From contig OZ076409.1 in NCBI GenBank assembly GCA_964187785.1, positions 87,112,001-87,176,000 of the forward strand: DNA of 64,000 nt. Direction: 5' to 3'. The stretch comes from Amphiscolops sp. MND2022 (Eukaryota). The notes below the pieces were generated by a model, which saw only the letters and a list, made by a program, of their open reading frames with translations, searched no databases and had not been told where the DNA came from. Each line of letters opens with the position of its first letter. Position 1 is the first letter of the stretch. Positions 39,387 to 54,300 of the stretch are shown piece by piece. The position numbers and the translations under genes are program-made.

Positions 39387-42300
39387 TCATTGTTTTCCTC
39401 CACTTCTTTTAGCACTACCCCATCTGCTGTTCTTAGAACTCTCACTTTGATTAGGAGCATTAACCAAAACTGATGGTTTGTTCTTAATGGATCCTAGTGA
39501 TGTACTGGAATCTAGCATCTTCTTCACGTTTTCATTCAGCTGAAATTACACATCAAAATATAGAAGTTGAAGATAGGATTAGGATTGATGCTAGTTAGCC
39601 TGGAATCTTGTAAAAATATTACCTGTCTTTTTCTTTTCATGAACTCTTTAGTAGTAGTCAAGGCTTCCATATCTAGAGGTCTGAAACAGAATTGCGTCAT
39701 GATGTCTCATGATTGACTCTCAATCACGACTCACAAAAACGTTGCGTCATGAAAGAGCAATACGTCCTAGAGAACTAAAAGAACGTCTAAAGTCGGCGAC
39801 TCGCTTAAAGTGCAAAGCCTCATAAAAATGTTCAGGATTGCCTTTGAGAAATTTTCATAAATCTCAGAGTGGTAGAAAAGATCCTGCGGCCTCGAAAAAC
39901 TTTTTTCTGGGACCTTCTGGTGAAATGGAATTTTTCGAAAAATGAGTCGCACAGTGCCAAAAGACCTCTTCATGAATTGACGGTCACTGATAGAGAAGTT
40001 CCGCACAATTCAGTTTGTGGGATTGCTTCCAAAAATGGTTCAACAATTTTACCCACCGAGTCTCGCTTGGACTGTATGGCCCTCTCACAAGCCGGTCCCC
40101 ACTGAAAAGTTTCCTTGTGGGTGCTGGCGCTTCCTGTTTTCCGGACTCTGAATCAAAATCTTCAATCATGTTCATGTTGCTTCTTCTGGAACTTTCCTCC
40201 TTGTGACTGGATTGAGATCTCCAACTGGATCCGCTTTTGGTTTTTCTCGAAGTGGCCGATGTGTGATCTTGACGGGAGGGACCTAATGAGGAGGGTAGGA
40301 CCACAGGAAGCTCAGCACTCAGGTTGGCGGCTATTTGGGAAGTTGCACTCACAGATGACATTGGCCTAAAACAATCGGTAGCCGTCATTTTGGCCGAACA
40401 AGGTTATAGCCGCTTTAGATTATAACTGCATTTTAATGTATTAGCTTTCATTTCTTCTGGCTGAATTTAATTGTTACATAGTAGTTACGAAATTGAAGGC
40501 TTCTTTCTCAAGCGGTTTGGCCAATTACAATTGAGAGTTAAATCTTATTCTCATATAAATCTATTCGTCTTTAACCCTGTGGGCTATACTCTGCAAAACA
40601 AAAACAATCGGCGGTTTATCAAAAGGTTTTGTTGTCCATGCAAAAATAAATTGTCTCACAAGTATCGAAACAAATTTTAACCGTGAGCAAAGTTGTTTTG
40701 ATTACGCAGTACATGTTCATTTCGATAATCAAACACTTTGATGACAGTTCTTCTCTAAGCATTTCATCACGAGATTATCAAATTCTCGGTTTTCTGACGG
40801 ATTTTTTTTTCTACTTGTGGTTTGAAGTATTTCGAAGCCTCAGTGTATTCCAACAATTGTATTCGACTGAAACATGCGTAACATTAAGATGATTTCACTG
40901 GACTCACCGCAGATTGGGACGCTTCGGAGCACATAACTGAAAAGCGTTGTTCAATTTTTTCACAGTTGCGTCGAAAATAGGACTGGCTTTTATTTCCATG
41001 AGTGATTTCCCGGGAAACAAACGTGCGATTAAGGAGAACAATTCTTCATTGCTCGGAGCCAAATGAAGGGCACACAAAACATCTTCTCTGGCGCCTCGTT
41101 TGAACTGAAACGAAAGTCTTCATTTTGACGAGTTGAGTTGTTTTCGAATTTTCTAGAAGTAGTGTTCAAAAGTTCAATCAATCCCTATCTGATGTAAATT
41201 ATTACGCTGGTTTAAAAATCTCATAGCACAATATTTCGAAACATTTTTCTTAGAAAGTCAAAACGCAAGTTTTTGAACATCCAAAAGACATCGTTTACAT
41301 TTTTATTTAGAAGGAAAGATCTCTGACCGTTTTTTCAAAATCCTGATATTTATGAAATACGAGTCTGAATGAAAAGATACTGTCGTACTAACATCTAAAA
41401 GATGACGAACTCTGGCTCTGGAAATATAATATTGGGATACTTTTGGGTTGTGCTGCAAGGCCAAAGTGAATTTACGCTCTGCTTCAAGGTACCTTCTTTC
41501 AAAGTAATCCATCATTGCAAATTCGTTGAAAATAACTAAAAAAGGAAACTATCAAAAGTAGAATAACATGCACGTAGACCGTCGTGAAAGCAACCAAGTC
41601 TTGGAGTGTCTAAAAACGGCTATATGTACGAATCGTCGTGTTGAGAAGAATGAGCAACAAGCAGACCAATAAATACATCTAGATGTGGTCTTACTTGAGT
41701 AAGTTCTAAAACAAGTTTGAATAATGTCGAGGATCAATATGGTTGAAGTTTCACTTAACATTCACATATCAATAATGGGAAATGAAAACAAAACATACAT
41801 CTTGGCTCAATTTGAATGATTCTAAATTTCAAGAAATTGGTTGTAAGTTTTTTGAATTTTTTGAGCAAAAAAACATAAGGCAACGTTTCAACTATATGAG
41901 AGGGGAAAATGTCTTAGAAGATCATTCTGTGATAGCCCGATGATTTGAGATAATTACGAAATCTAAAAGTACAAAAACTTTCAGTAGTACTTCGGCTTCG
42001 GTATGGTTTGAGATCAGAAATCATTGTTAAGTTCTTAGAATTTGACAAAAGCTTTAAATGAAAGTTGCTCCATGAAAATATAAATTTTTGTTTTATCAGG
42101 AGTATGCATTAGAAATTATAACTTGTCATATTCAGATGTATATGTTGACAACTAACGAGATATTCTTGATTTGACGTCCCAGTCGTCTGTGTCCAACTCG
42201 AGTGCCTGCTGGTAGTCTGCCAGAGAGAAGTGGTAGTTCTTCATTCTGAAGAAACAATCTAAAACAGAAATCATCAACGTCAATTTTAGCTCAACTAGTT

Positions 42301-45300
42301 GACGAACTTACAGCGCCGAAGCGTCTCATGTATACCCTTAAAATAACATAAGCTATTACTACGTGAGTTTTGCCCCATTACCAAGCGAACTATTACGTAG
42401 ACTATTTTTAGTCGGAGCTTTTCTTTAGAAGAGAGCGGCTTTAGTTATGGCTTTTCGTCAGTTTTTTTTCGATACACCTGATCTGTCGAAAATAGTTCTA
42501 CCAAAAAGTCTTCAACTTTCTAAGTAACTTCTCACTGCCAGTTGGCCTAGTGGTTTTGTTAACGCGGATTTCCCGAGGTCTAAGAAGCAGGGTTCGAGCC
42601 TCGCAAAAATAGAAGGAGACCAACGGGTCTCCCGTTTAGAAGTTTTTCGGCACTATGCGACAATTTTTAAAGATTTGTTTCCACACCTAAACTCCTACCT
42701 TCGATTTTCAGCAGAAACAACAGCGTTTTGCAAGCATAGATGATCAGTTTTAGTTTTTTTGGCACTGTGCCACTTACCCAGTTGAAAACAAGTGAAACAA
42801 GGTTTCGAAAACGAATATTTTTTTGAGAATTTTTTTTGCACTTTTTGGTTTTTGAGGATTTCTGCAAAGGGAACATGTTTCCCGAGTCTTAAAGACGGCT
42901 TCTTCGTAACTTTTTAATCCTGTGGATTTATCGAAAAAAATAACAAACTATTTAGTTTTCGAAAAGATGGATTTTTTGTACTTTCAGTTCGAGAGAAAAG
43001 GGTTTCTGTGTCTAAGGAGTATTTGAGTTAGTTTTCGGCACTGAGAAATTGGTAAATGTTGGAAAATAGTGTCCATTGCATGTTCTGGAAACTTGAGCGG
43101 GACGCTGACCCGGGCCTGTCCCGGCTTGTTTTCTACCGATGACCTTTACATGGAATGGTCCTATTTATTTAACAATCTTTTACTATGAAGATCGTTTTAG
43201 CTTTAGATCGATAACGTACCCATAAGGACCGAAAGGTCCTCCTTTTGACAAGTTTTTACTTTCAAGTGATCTACGGAACCAAATGCGTCCAAGGGTCACT
43301 TTTGGGTGTTTTGTGATGGCAGAAAGAATTTTATTCCGAATCTCATGGCCGAATGGTCACCTTTTCCATTTTTTGTTAATGCATCAAAAAATACTTTTTC
43401 TGAGCACTGAAGGCACTTCAAAAATGCTTCATTGAACCAAACGAGTCCCCTTATTGTTTTCTTGACAATTTTTATTCAAAACTATGAGCAGGGTTAAAGA
43501 TAGTTTCTTTTATAGTTCATTGATTGTATTAGATCAATGGATAAAATGTAGCAAAAACGCTCGTGAACATAGCCGGAAAACAGGTTGGGTTACATTCGAA
43601 ATTTAACACTGCCAAGCGGTTCAAAATCTTTGAAACGCAATATAAATTCTAACAAATTCGCAGCGTGTCCGTTTAAATCTTCTGTATGCAGACGATACCA
43701 TTATTTTGACAGGAAGCGAAGAGGACATGTAAAAGCTTTAGATGCTGCATATCAATATTGCAGTAAGTTCAATATCCGAATTAATGGTTCCAAAACAAAA
43801 TATATGATCTTCTCCAGAGTAAGGTTCGTAATCGTGAGTGATGTTTTTAAACGACAGCTCGATAGGAAGTGTTGATAGCTTTTGCTCTTTAGAAGTAAGT
43901 TTCAAGTACAACGATACGTTTCAATTAACGATAAAAACGTTGAGAAAGCAATGAAGGCATTATTTAAATGAAGAGCATAAACAAATGGCCATGAACTCGC
44001 AATACAGACAAAACCACACTTGATTGGCTCAATTATCTCACAAATCGTCACCTATGGCTGTGAAGTTTGGGGACATGAAAATTTGGAACAGATTGAAGTT
44101 TTTCTGCGGAATTTTTGCGAACGCTTTTTAATGTTCGTAACGATACTACGAAAGCGTTGATTGACGGAGAATTAGGTAGAAGTGAAATAAATTATCAATT
44201 TTGACTGCGATTTGTGGGTTTCTGGAGAAGGTTTATCGACGACAAAAAACAAACTTTGGTACCTATTTTACAAATTTCTACGAAAAATTTCCCATTCAGA
44301 TAAATGATTATCATGTGTTCAAACAGTACTGAATGAATGCGTTTTCCTTCTTCAAAAATTCAAGCTTTTTGGCATGAAATTGAAAATTGTACTGAAAAAA
44401 GTGTCGACTCCCATTTTCGAGGGCTAATGTATTTTGAGGCATCTTTAGATGCTTCGGAATTCTTATACGAACTGTCTTGTAGCAAAAGTTTTTCGTTTTT
44501 TGAACCTTAAGAGGAACGTGACTTTAGACCCTCACGACTTGCTCTAATTTCAAACAACCTTGACATTTGAAAATTCAAATTACCTCCTCTGTTAATGTAT
44601 AGTCCCTTCTCTGCCTTCTCGGCCCTGATAGCTTTGTTGAGGAGGGAAACAGCTTCGTCGAAGTAGCCCCTGTTGAAACACTGAATGCCAAAGTCGTTGT
44701 AACTCAGAATCAGCTGGCGCATTCCGCTTTGGTATATGGGTGATGACTCATCGTGGTCTGTTTTGTCCAGAGACAATAAAAAATCGTCGACTGCGTTGTT
44801 AAAGTTACCCATACGTCTGTTAGTGTATAGGGATGACCAACGATGATTTTAAAACACCACTGTCAATTAATTATACATTCATGTTCGAAAACTTGATCAA
44901 ACCATATTGCCGAATTATCACAAATTTTATTTGACATCGAGCAATTGCTGATGTACCCAGGGCTGTTCAATAGAAGCTGATAAAGATAATAGGCGGGTGT
45001 CACAAAAAAAATTGGAACTTTTCGAATCCAAAAATAGAATATTGCAATATTCTTCGAAGTATTAGTGTTTCAAAAATGTGATATGTTTGAAGTTTTCGTC
45101 GCTATTCTGCATTTTTGATATGTAAGGGGTGTCATGCCCTTGAGGTCATGTTCTAAAAGGAGACGCTCTCACCATAGATGAAGGAATTTGAAACAGCAAA
45201 CAATAAAACAAACTTTATATGGTGCGATATTTAGTTTAATCATGCGAACAGGAAATACCATGCTTGATATTTAAATTAGAGGTTAAAATATCCATATAAC

Positions 45301-48300
45301 AAAAGTGGGTGCTAAATAAATTGGGACACACCAGAGATTTGGAGCTACAAACTAGTTGACCGAAAATAAAACTTTGAGCATCAACAAAATCTTCTCTCAG
45401 AATAATTGTAGAAGTTCCAGAGAACCCAAAACATGCATCAAAATTACTTTCGTACATAAGCGCTCAAAACAAAATTACTTCCGGGACTGGAATTTTATAC
45501 CGGACGATTCTACTAGCCTTATTGGATGTAATAGTACCGCTTTTGGGCCTCTGCTGACATGGTGACAGGCAATTTCTGGACATAAACTACATCAACAACT
45601 AATACCAATTTGATTGCTCGAATTTTCTTCATCAACAATGGCTCAGTTGCAACCGTTTATTAATTTGCAACCCTTCTCTGGACTCGAAAGTGACAATTTC
45701 AACCAATTTGAGAACCAACTACGCAGCTGTATTGGACTCGCTGGAGTAGAGGAAGCGAACAGACATCTCTATTTGCATCTACATCTGAAAGGAACAGCAT
45801 TGTCATTTTTCGACCAATTGCCTGAAGCTACTCGACAAAACTTTGATGAAGCACTAACTTCACTTCGCAACAGGTATGTGAATCCTGATCGCCTTGAGTC
45901 ACACAAACTCAAGTTTACTACAAGAAAATATAATGCCTCAAAAGAAACAGTACATGATTTTCTAACCGAATTGCAACGGACGGCCAACTTGGCTTTCCCA
46001 GATATTGTAGCGCGGGCAGCCGCCGATGGCAACCCAGCCGTGGCAGCTGAAAATCGCGCCAATGAGCGCAATCGCCGAGTAAAAGAAGCCTTCATAAATG
46101 GGCTTCCTAACAAACTCAAAAAATATCTTCTCACATTACCCGAAACCAACACGGTCGAGGATCTTTGTGAACGAGCAGCCCGCAGAGTAATGATTGATCA
46201 ACAATACCCGGAAGACGACGGTGGCTCTGCTTTCAATGAGCTCTCATCGTCCCAAGTTGATACACTTTTGGCATCTTTGGCAGAAATTCAAAAGACTCAA
46301 ACTGCCATGCGTAATGAAAACGCTAAACTAGCAGCAGAAGTCAAAACCCTTCAAAACGCGCATCAAAACCCTACTGGACAGCAGAGTTGGAGTGGCCATC
46401 ACCAACAACAGAAGGGGAACAAACAACCGCAGTGGTGGAACTGGAATTCGGAACCGCCTGACTGGTATACTCAACAATGGTTACAGCAACCACAACAACA
46501 ACAACAGCAGGGCGAGAACAATTGGACCACCTACAATCAACGCTTCTGCAACTACTGCAAGATGAAGGGCCACACTATTCAGTACTGCCGCAAGCGACCA
46601 CCACCCAAACGAGACCAGCAAGTGCCATTCGACCGCCAGCCAAAAAACTGAGTAAGCCAACTTTACAACGTGAGTCTCTTCTAAATTCAGTTTCTAATTT
46701 TTTCCCTACATCACTTTTTTATCTCCCCCTTCAATTTGGAAAATTTTCATGCCGTTTTTTGGTAGACACAGGGGCCTTTTCCTCTGCTATTACGCCTTGT
46801 GTCGTTGAAAACATCAAATCAAACTTCCCTCAGAGTGTCAACATTTGCAAAAACAGCCCTTCCTCAGTTGTAAAAGTGGCTAATGGCGAAACGGTACGCA
46901 CTTTAGGGGCTGTCGAACTTACATTTCGACTTGGATGTCGTAACTTCACCGAAAAATTCCTACTTTTACCAAAAATGAACCGACCCATTCTGGGACTACC
47001 CTTTTATGAAAAATATAACATGTCAATTGATGTCAAAAATCGCAAATTGCATGCTCCTGACTTCACATTTCAACTAAATGAAATCACCTCAATTGATGGT
47101 AGTCCACGTAAAATCTATAGCAAACATAAATTTACTTTGAAAACGACCCAAAAACTTCAAATTCACCCAAATTCGCAAGAAGTTTTGCAGTGCTACCCCT
47201 CGAATGACCTCCCTGATGAAATAGTGGGCATTATCGACCCAAACCCCCGTTTTGAACGAAAAACAGGTCTATGTATGACTAGTTCGCTTTCAAAAATCAC
47301 TCACAATCAAACTCCTCTTGCATTTTTGAATTGCACAACTAACATAATTACGCTGCCGAAAGACACCACCGTGGGGAATTTTACAATACTTACTCCGAAA
47401 CAATCTCAATATTTGCAACCAGTTGACCCTGCTATCCTTTCTACAATTTCTCCATTGTCCCTAAACGAACTCATCCATGCTGATGACTCCCATTTTTGGG
47501 GAATCTGACTTCTGGTTCCCAACGCCAGAAACTTGTTCCGATCCCAGTTCTCTCACTGGGTTACACCGAAAAATTTATCAGACATTGGTCTCACTAAAAA
47601 CGGCCGAAAAACTTGATCCGACACTTGACGCCACACAGCGTCAAGCATTTTTGAACCACTTTAACTGGGAAAAAACTATTTTGTCCCTCGCTGAACGAGA
47701 ACAAGTTGAAGCTCTACTTATCGAGTTTCACGACATTTTTGCGCGCCACCGCTTTGATGTTGGCGGTAATGATCATTTTTCTGTTAAACTAACTCCCGAA
47801 CACCATGACCCTGTTTATACACAGAGTCCCCCAACGCCTATTCATTTGCGCGAAGAAATTTTGCATGATTTGGCAGTCATGCAGTATTTTGGACTGATAA
47901 CAACCCTGGCTTATTCAAAATACTCAAGGCCCCTTTTTGCACATCGAAAACCATCGGGAAAACTGCGACTTTTGGTGGATTTACGTAAAATCAACCACCT
48001 TATCCGCCATGATTACGACTCAAATAATTTTCCGATCACTACGATGGCTGATGCAGGTACCCACCTCGCTGGCAAAAGCATTTTTGCAAAACTTGATTGT
48101 AGCCAGGCATACCATGCACTCAAAATGGCTGACCCTTTGTCAGTCCAAATGCTGGCTTTCAATTTTGCCTCGCGTATGTTTGCCTTCCAACGATTGGCAC
48201 AAGGCCTAAGTAGGTCCGTAAGCGCGTTTAGCTCGTTCATGCGAAAGCACCTAGACTCATGTATAGCAAATGACCAATGCTTCCAGTATCTGGATGATTT

Positions 48301-51300
48301 GGGTACAGGCGCGCGCACATTTGGAGAACTCTTGTCGAATTTGAGAAGCATTTTTCAGTGCATCAGAACCTCGTGGTTGAAACTAACGATGAACAAATGC
48401 GAATTCGGTGTGGCAGAAATCTCATATCTCGGTAGTACCATTAGTTCCTCTGGAACGTCGCCGAATCGTGAGAAAGTTGAACAGTTTTTGTCAAAAATCA
48501 AAAAGCCAAAGAATCACAAGCAAATCAAACGAATGATTGGATTTTTCCAATATTTCAGAAACTACTTGCCAAAATTGAGTGACAGTCTTTTGCCGTTTTA
48601 CAAGTTACTGAAACAAAATGTAAACTTCGAAATTACCGACGAACACACCGCAGCTTTTGATGTGCTTTGCACACAATTAGCGAACGCTTGTGATATGTCG
48701 TTGCGCTTGCCGATAGCTAATTTGCAGTATGTCATCCTGTCTGATGCCAGCTACTACTCCGCTGGGTATGTCCTAATGATCGAAGATTACACCACGAATC
48801 AACAGGGCGATACGGTCAAATCATATGCCCCAGTGGCGTTTGGATCGAAGATCTTTAACCCGACTTACTTGAAGCTGTCAATTTATGCGAAGGAATTTCT
48901 GGCGGTGCATTTCGCATTTGATACTTTCGCCCATATCTTATGGGGAGCGCAACTGCCCGTTCTTGTGCTTACGGATAATCGAAGCCTAACACGATTTTTT
49001 CAGGCCAAGACTATTCCAACACCTCTGTGGACAGCTGTGGACCAAGTACTCAACTTCTCCTTCATCATCGGCCACATCCCTGGAAAGGCGAACGCCGCAG
49101 CCGACTTCTTGTCGCGCGTGAATGTAGACCCACATACGAAACTTTCACTAAAAATTTCAACACGAATGCCAGTAAAACACGTTGAAATTGACTTTTCAGC
49201 GGAATCACCTAATCCAGATCTAACTGCACTGACTCCTTCCACCACCTCAGGTCTTGCAGCGTTACAATGCTACGAAGACGAAGATGACTACCTGGAAGTG
49301 GAATTGGAGCCTCAAGACCTTCCGCAAAGCATAAACGCCTTAGCTCAGGACAACCCTCTCGATTTCTTTGAGCTTCAGGATCGCGATACACCATTAGATC
49401 TACTACGCGAACAAATGAAGGATCCTAACATCCGTGAAGCAATCACTTGGATTTCTCAGCGCAAAAACCCAGATACACTTTACTCGAACTGGGAACTCAA
49501 AAAATATCAAAAACAATTACCACGTTTAGAGCTTGTGAAAGGAATTCTGTACCGCAAATTTTTTGATAATACGGGAAAAAACTTTGTACGACAATACGTC
49601 GTACCAAAACATTTACGCAAAGAACTTTTATATCGTGTTCATAACAGTAAATTCGGAGGACATCTTGGAATGAAGGCAACTGCGCACGAATTCCGCAAGA
49701 GATTTTATTTCCCTATGTTTTCGGAAAGCCTTGTCTCTCATGTAAAAAATTGCTCTTCTTGCTTACAAGTGAAACCGGTTCAGAAATCAATGCAAACTGC
49801 CCCGTTGCAGCCTATCGCCTCAGAACAATCTCTTCCTGGAGATTTACTGCAAATCGATTTAGTTGGAAAACTGCAACCTTCCAACGGTTTCATCTACATC
49901 CTCACTGGAGTGGATGTCTTCACGCGTTACCTCTTTGCAGTACCCCTTCGCTCTGGTGAAGCGGAAACTGTAGCAAGGGCACTCTTTGCCATCTTGATGC
50001 GACATAGCTATCTACCGTCAACTATTTCATGTGATTTAGGTTCGGCCTTCACATCCTCCATGATGCGCCAACTTTGTGCCTTACTTGAGGTACAGATCAA
50101 GTATGCTAGTGTCAAACATCCACAAACGATTGGTGTGGTGGAACGCAGTCATGCCACGCTCAATCGTATCTTGAACATCTACGAAAACAACCAAACTCGC
50201 GACTGGCATAATTATGTCGATTTAGCAGTCTTCCTCTACAACACCACCTATCACTGCTCAATTGGTTGCGCACCCAGCTTTCTCTTCCATGGTCGCCAGC
50301 CATTGAACACACTGGATCTCCGCTTCAATAATGTCAGCCGATTGCGAGCCGAACCAACATTGGATTTTCTTCAAGAAACACAGGACCGTATGAACACAAT
50401 TTTTGCTGGTGCCAAAGACAATACCTTGATCGCCTACAACAAGTATCGAGATATTTATGATCGTAAGGCAAAAGCACAACCCTTGGCACTACATAGCTAT
50501 TGCCTCTTGCTCAATCCGAAACTCATTACACCAAGCGATTCTTTGACGAAGTCTCTTACCAAATGGTTTCCATTGTACCGAGTGGAGAAAGTTATCACCA
50601 ATGGTAACTATATTGTCCGAAAAGTCAATACAAACAATACACAGTGCGTCCACCGTGTGAGGTTGCGACCAATCCAATCAAAATATCATTTTGACGATTT
50701 GGATGAGATTAACGAATCCAATTTTATCGCTGACCCTATCACACAACGTATTTCTGAGCCTTCCATTTCTGACGACGCATTACCTGCTTTATTGGACGCC
50801 AGTGGAATTGTGTCCCCTGGTTCCGCCCAGACAACAACCAATATAGTCACTTTTGGCTTACGCGCTGCCCCCCGTGCTCAGGCCGAACATGTCCAGGAAC
50901 CAGTACCAGTTTGCGAGCTTCCAGAAGCTAGAGACACGCTCCCGCTCGCACCTACTCCAGAATTGGGACCAGCACTACACACCCAGGAGGATACTGCATC
51001 AATACCACCCCCATTCAGCACTCCTAGTCCATCTGATAGGCAGCGCACATGTACGCAAACTCCTCCGCTCTTCGATTCTGATACATTTACAGTTGAAGGC
51101 ACGTACACAGCTCCATCACCAAGTCATTCTAGCCAATTGGATACGAATGACTACCCCGAATTCACTGCACCACCTGTAGCTCGCCAAAACTTCTTTGCCA
51201 CGTGCCGAGCAATACCAACTACACCGACAACATCAACATCTACTTCATTGCCTAACCCCAGGGATGACCCCCGTCTTGGAACTAACCGCGCTTATGAGCT

Positions 51301-54300
51301 TCGCAAAGCTATAAATTTGACACGGCGCTATCAAGCCTCACAGTCGTCACAGCGAAGCACGCGGAGTTCGAAGAAATAACTTTTTGAATATTTTTCCTTT
51401 TAACTCCTAACAGCAAATTTACATGTTTTCTCTCCATGTCTTTTCTTTTCCAAGATTAATTAGTTGTAAAACAATGTTAAGTTTTATTTCTCGCTTCATT
51501 TTCATGCTCATCACATGCTTCTAACCTTTCGATAATTTGAACAATTCTCCTCCTTCCTCTTGACCTCAAACCAATCAGTGCCATTAAAGCTTGTGTTTGC
51601 ACAAACATTCCTTTTCGTTCTCGAACAACATCCGCCCACAAATCATGACTGAAATGCCATGTTTGTTTGACCGCATAACCACCCACTGATTTCCATTTCC
51701 TGTTGACAAGCTGTGCTATTTGAACAACAACCTTGTATGATTTTTGACTCGCATTGCTTTTAACTGGATTCATTGCTCACTTCATCGTTTGTCCTATGTG
51801 GTTTGGTATCCGGACCCACACCATGCTCGATCTTCCGATGAAAGCACTCCAGCTGCTTTTCATTGTTTGCCTTTTCCAACAATGTCTGAGCAGTGCTGAG
51901 ACAACCCATAATGGCATCATATTCAACTATCACCAAAAAATATTGCTTGCTAAATCATTTGAGAATGTTCAGTTCGTTCTGCCGTACCCACAGTTTGATG
52001 CCACTATCAATCGTTACCTCACCATCATTGCCTCTAAAATGGATCAACTGTGGAATCATCCTAATTTTGGCTGCGACTTGCTGTACAACATCACCCAACT
52101 GAATTTCACTTCCGACTGGGTGTACAATGAAGTTCTGCAAGAACATCAACGTGTCCTCAGGGATATTGGCAGCTTCAAAAGCGACATCACAGGATTGTTC
52201 CCTGATTTTGCTCCCTCAGAACCGCAGCAGCGCAACCCTCGTGCGCTGCCCGTAGTTCTGATGGCCGGAGCAGCTGCTGGTGTCTTTGGCTTGGGCTACT
52301 CACTGAAAGATAAAATTTCCTGTACTCTGGGACGAATTTTCGGCGGGTGTAACAAACTGGCCAAGGAAAATTGACGCGCCATTGTGGATACCATTGCTCA
52401 TGTCAACCAGATGAACACTGCATGGGCTTCGGTACAGAACTCAACGAACGAGAAGTTTTACATAATTGGCCACGAACTTCAAGACCTTCGTGCAGCACAA
52501 AACAATATCATCCAGGTCCAACAGGCTAATGCTGCCACCTTGCAAACCCAGTTCGCTGTGTTGGAAGAGAGTATCAACTACATGCGCAACTGCGATCAAT
52601 TCCTTTATATCCGCGAGGAAACCAACTACCATGCGAATTTGCTCAATTCAGTATTGTCTGTGATTTACACCAACCTCCGGACCTATCGGGCTTCCCTTCA
52701 CTCTTTTCGGATGACTCTTCTCGGCTCATCCTCTACGATGGCAGACGGATTCCTCCCTCTCACTCTGATTCCGCGTCAAATCCTGCAAGATGTGTTGCAC
52801 CAAGTGCTGCTACAGGCCACACCGGCCCACCATCAAAGCTCTTTTTCGATTCCCATCGAAAATCTAATGTCCTACTACGAGACCAAGTTAGTATCACAGG
52901 TAGTATCAACTGATTTTGGCCTGCTTTTCACACTCCTGATTCCTTTTTCTTCGGAATCTACGGTTCTAGACCTTTTTCACGCCATTCCCATTCCAATGCC
53001 CCCTGATGACTCTCTGACAGCTACTGTGTGGGAAATAGAAACTGAATACATAGCAGTGGCTAAGAGTGGACATGAAGCAGCCCTACTAACTCGCTTCGAC
53101 TTGAATGAATGCATTGGTTCTAAATCTTATTCCATTTGTTTTTCGTCCTTTCCTATGGAAAAGGCGATGGACTCTTGTTTAGCAACACTCTTTTATAAGG
53201 ACGTCTTAGCTGCTCTAGAAGTGTGTCAAATCAAAACTATTACCTTGCCTTTGGAAGAAAAGGCTCAGTACTTAGGCATCGGGCGCTGGCTCATCTTGAG
53301 CGCCAGTCCTAGTTTCTTATTCACAGAATCCAATAGCCTATCCTCGCCGCCTATGTCTGTGAATCACCGACCGGGCTGCCAGGTTTGTATAATAGTTTTG
53401 CAGTGTGGACAGGAATTACAAGGCCCGAATATCCATCTTCGTTCTGACTGGTCAACCTGTGTGGATGCGGTGCCTCTCCAATTGGACATCCAACTTCCTG
53501 ACCCTCTGGCCTTCTTGTTCAATGAGTTGCCTCCCACAGCTGATTTGGCCCAGATACCTGATATTGATACCGCCCGTGTGAAACTAGTTTCCGAAGTACA
53601 GACGAAGTTACTTGAAGTCCCACAGCACAAGCGCCGCCAACTAGACGTCCTTGCCGAAGTTGCAAAACCTATTGCAGCAAACATGAAAACATTGCCGCCG
53701 CCTCTTGCTGCAAAGTTCCATGATACAGTAAGTTGGACACCGTACATTTGTTTTGGCGCTCTTGTTTTTATCGTATCAACGGTGCTACATTTTTTGATGA
53801 CCTATTTATTTCATAAAACCCTGCATGTACACCGTCGTTTCCCATTCCGACTGAACATAGCTGACCGAACCATTGAAGCACAGCCTATCTTGATAGTGTC
53901 CCCCGATGATTTTGACTACTTGCAGACACATCTAGACCACCCGATACATAAAAAAGGAATAGTGCTTACCCGTAACGACTTACCCCCCTGTCAATTGACC
54001 CAACCGCCTACTGCACCCCTCTTTACTGTATCCGACCCTACTAGTTCAATTTATCCTAATTTTATCAAAGAAACAACTGCTTAACCTTCATATACAATAC
54101 AACAAAACAAAAGAATGTTTCATATGAAACACTAAATTGTTTTCATTTAGGTCATGTGCTCATCATTTTACCAACACAAATCATATGGTTCTACATAACT
54201 ATATCATTCAAATCATTCACAACATTTAATACAACTATGTTATCATCATCAACTATCAATAAAAACACCATGATCAAAAATCATATGAAGACGCTGACTT

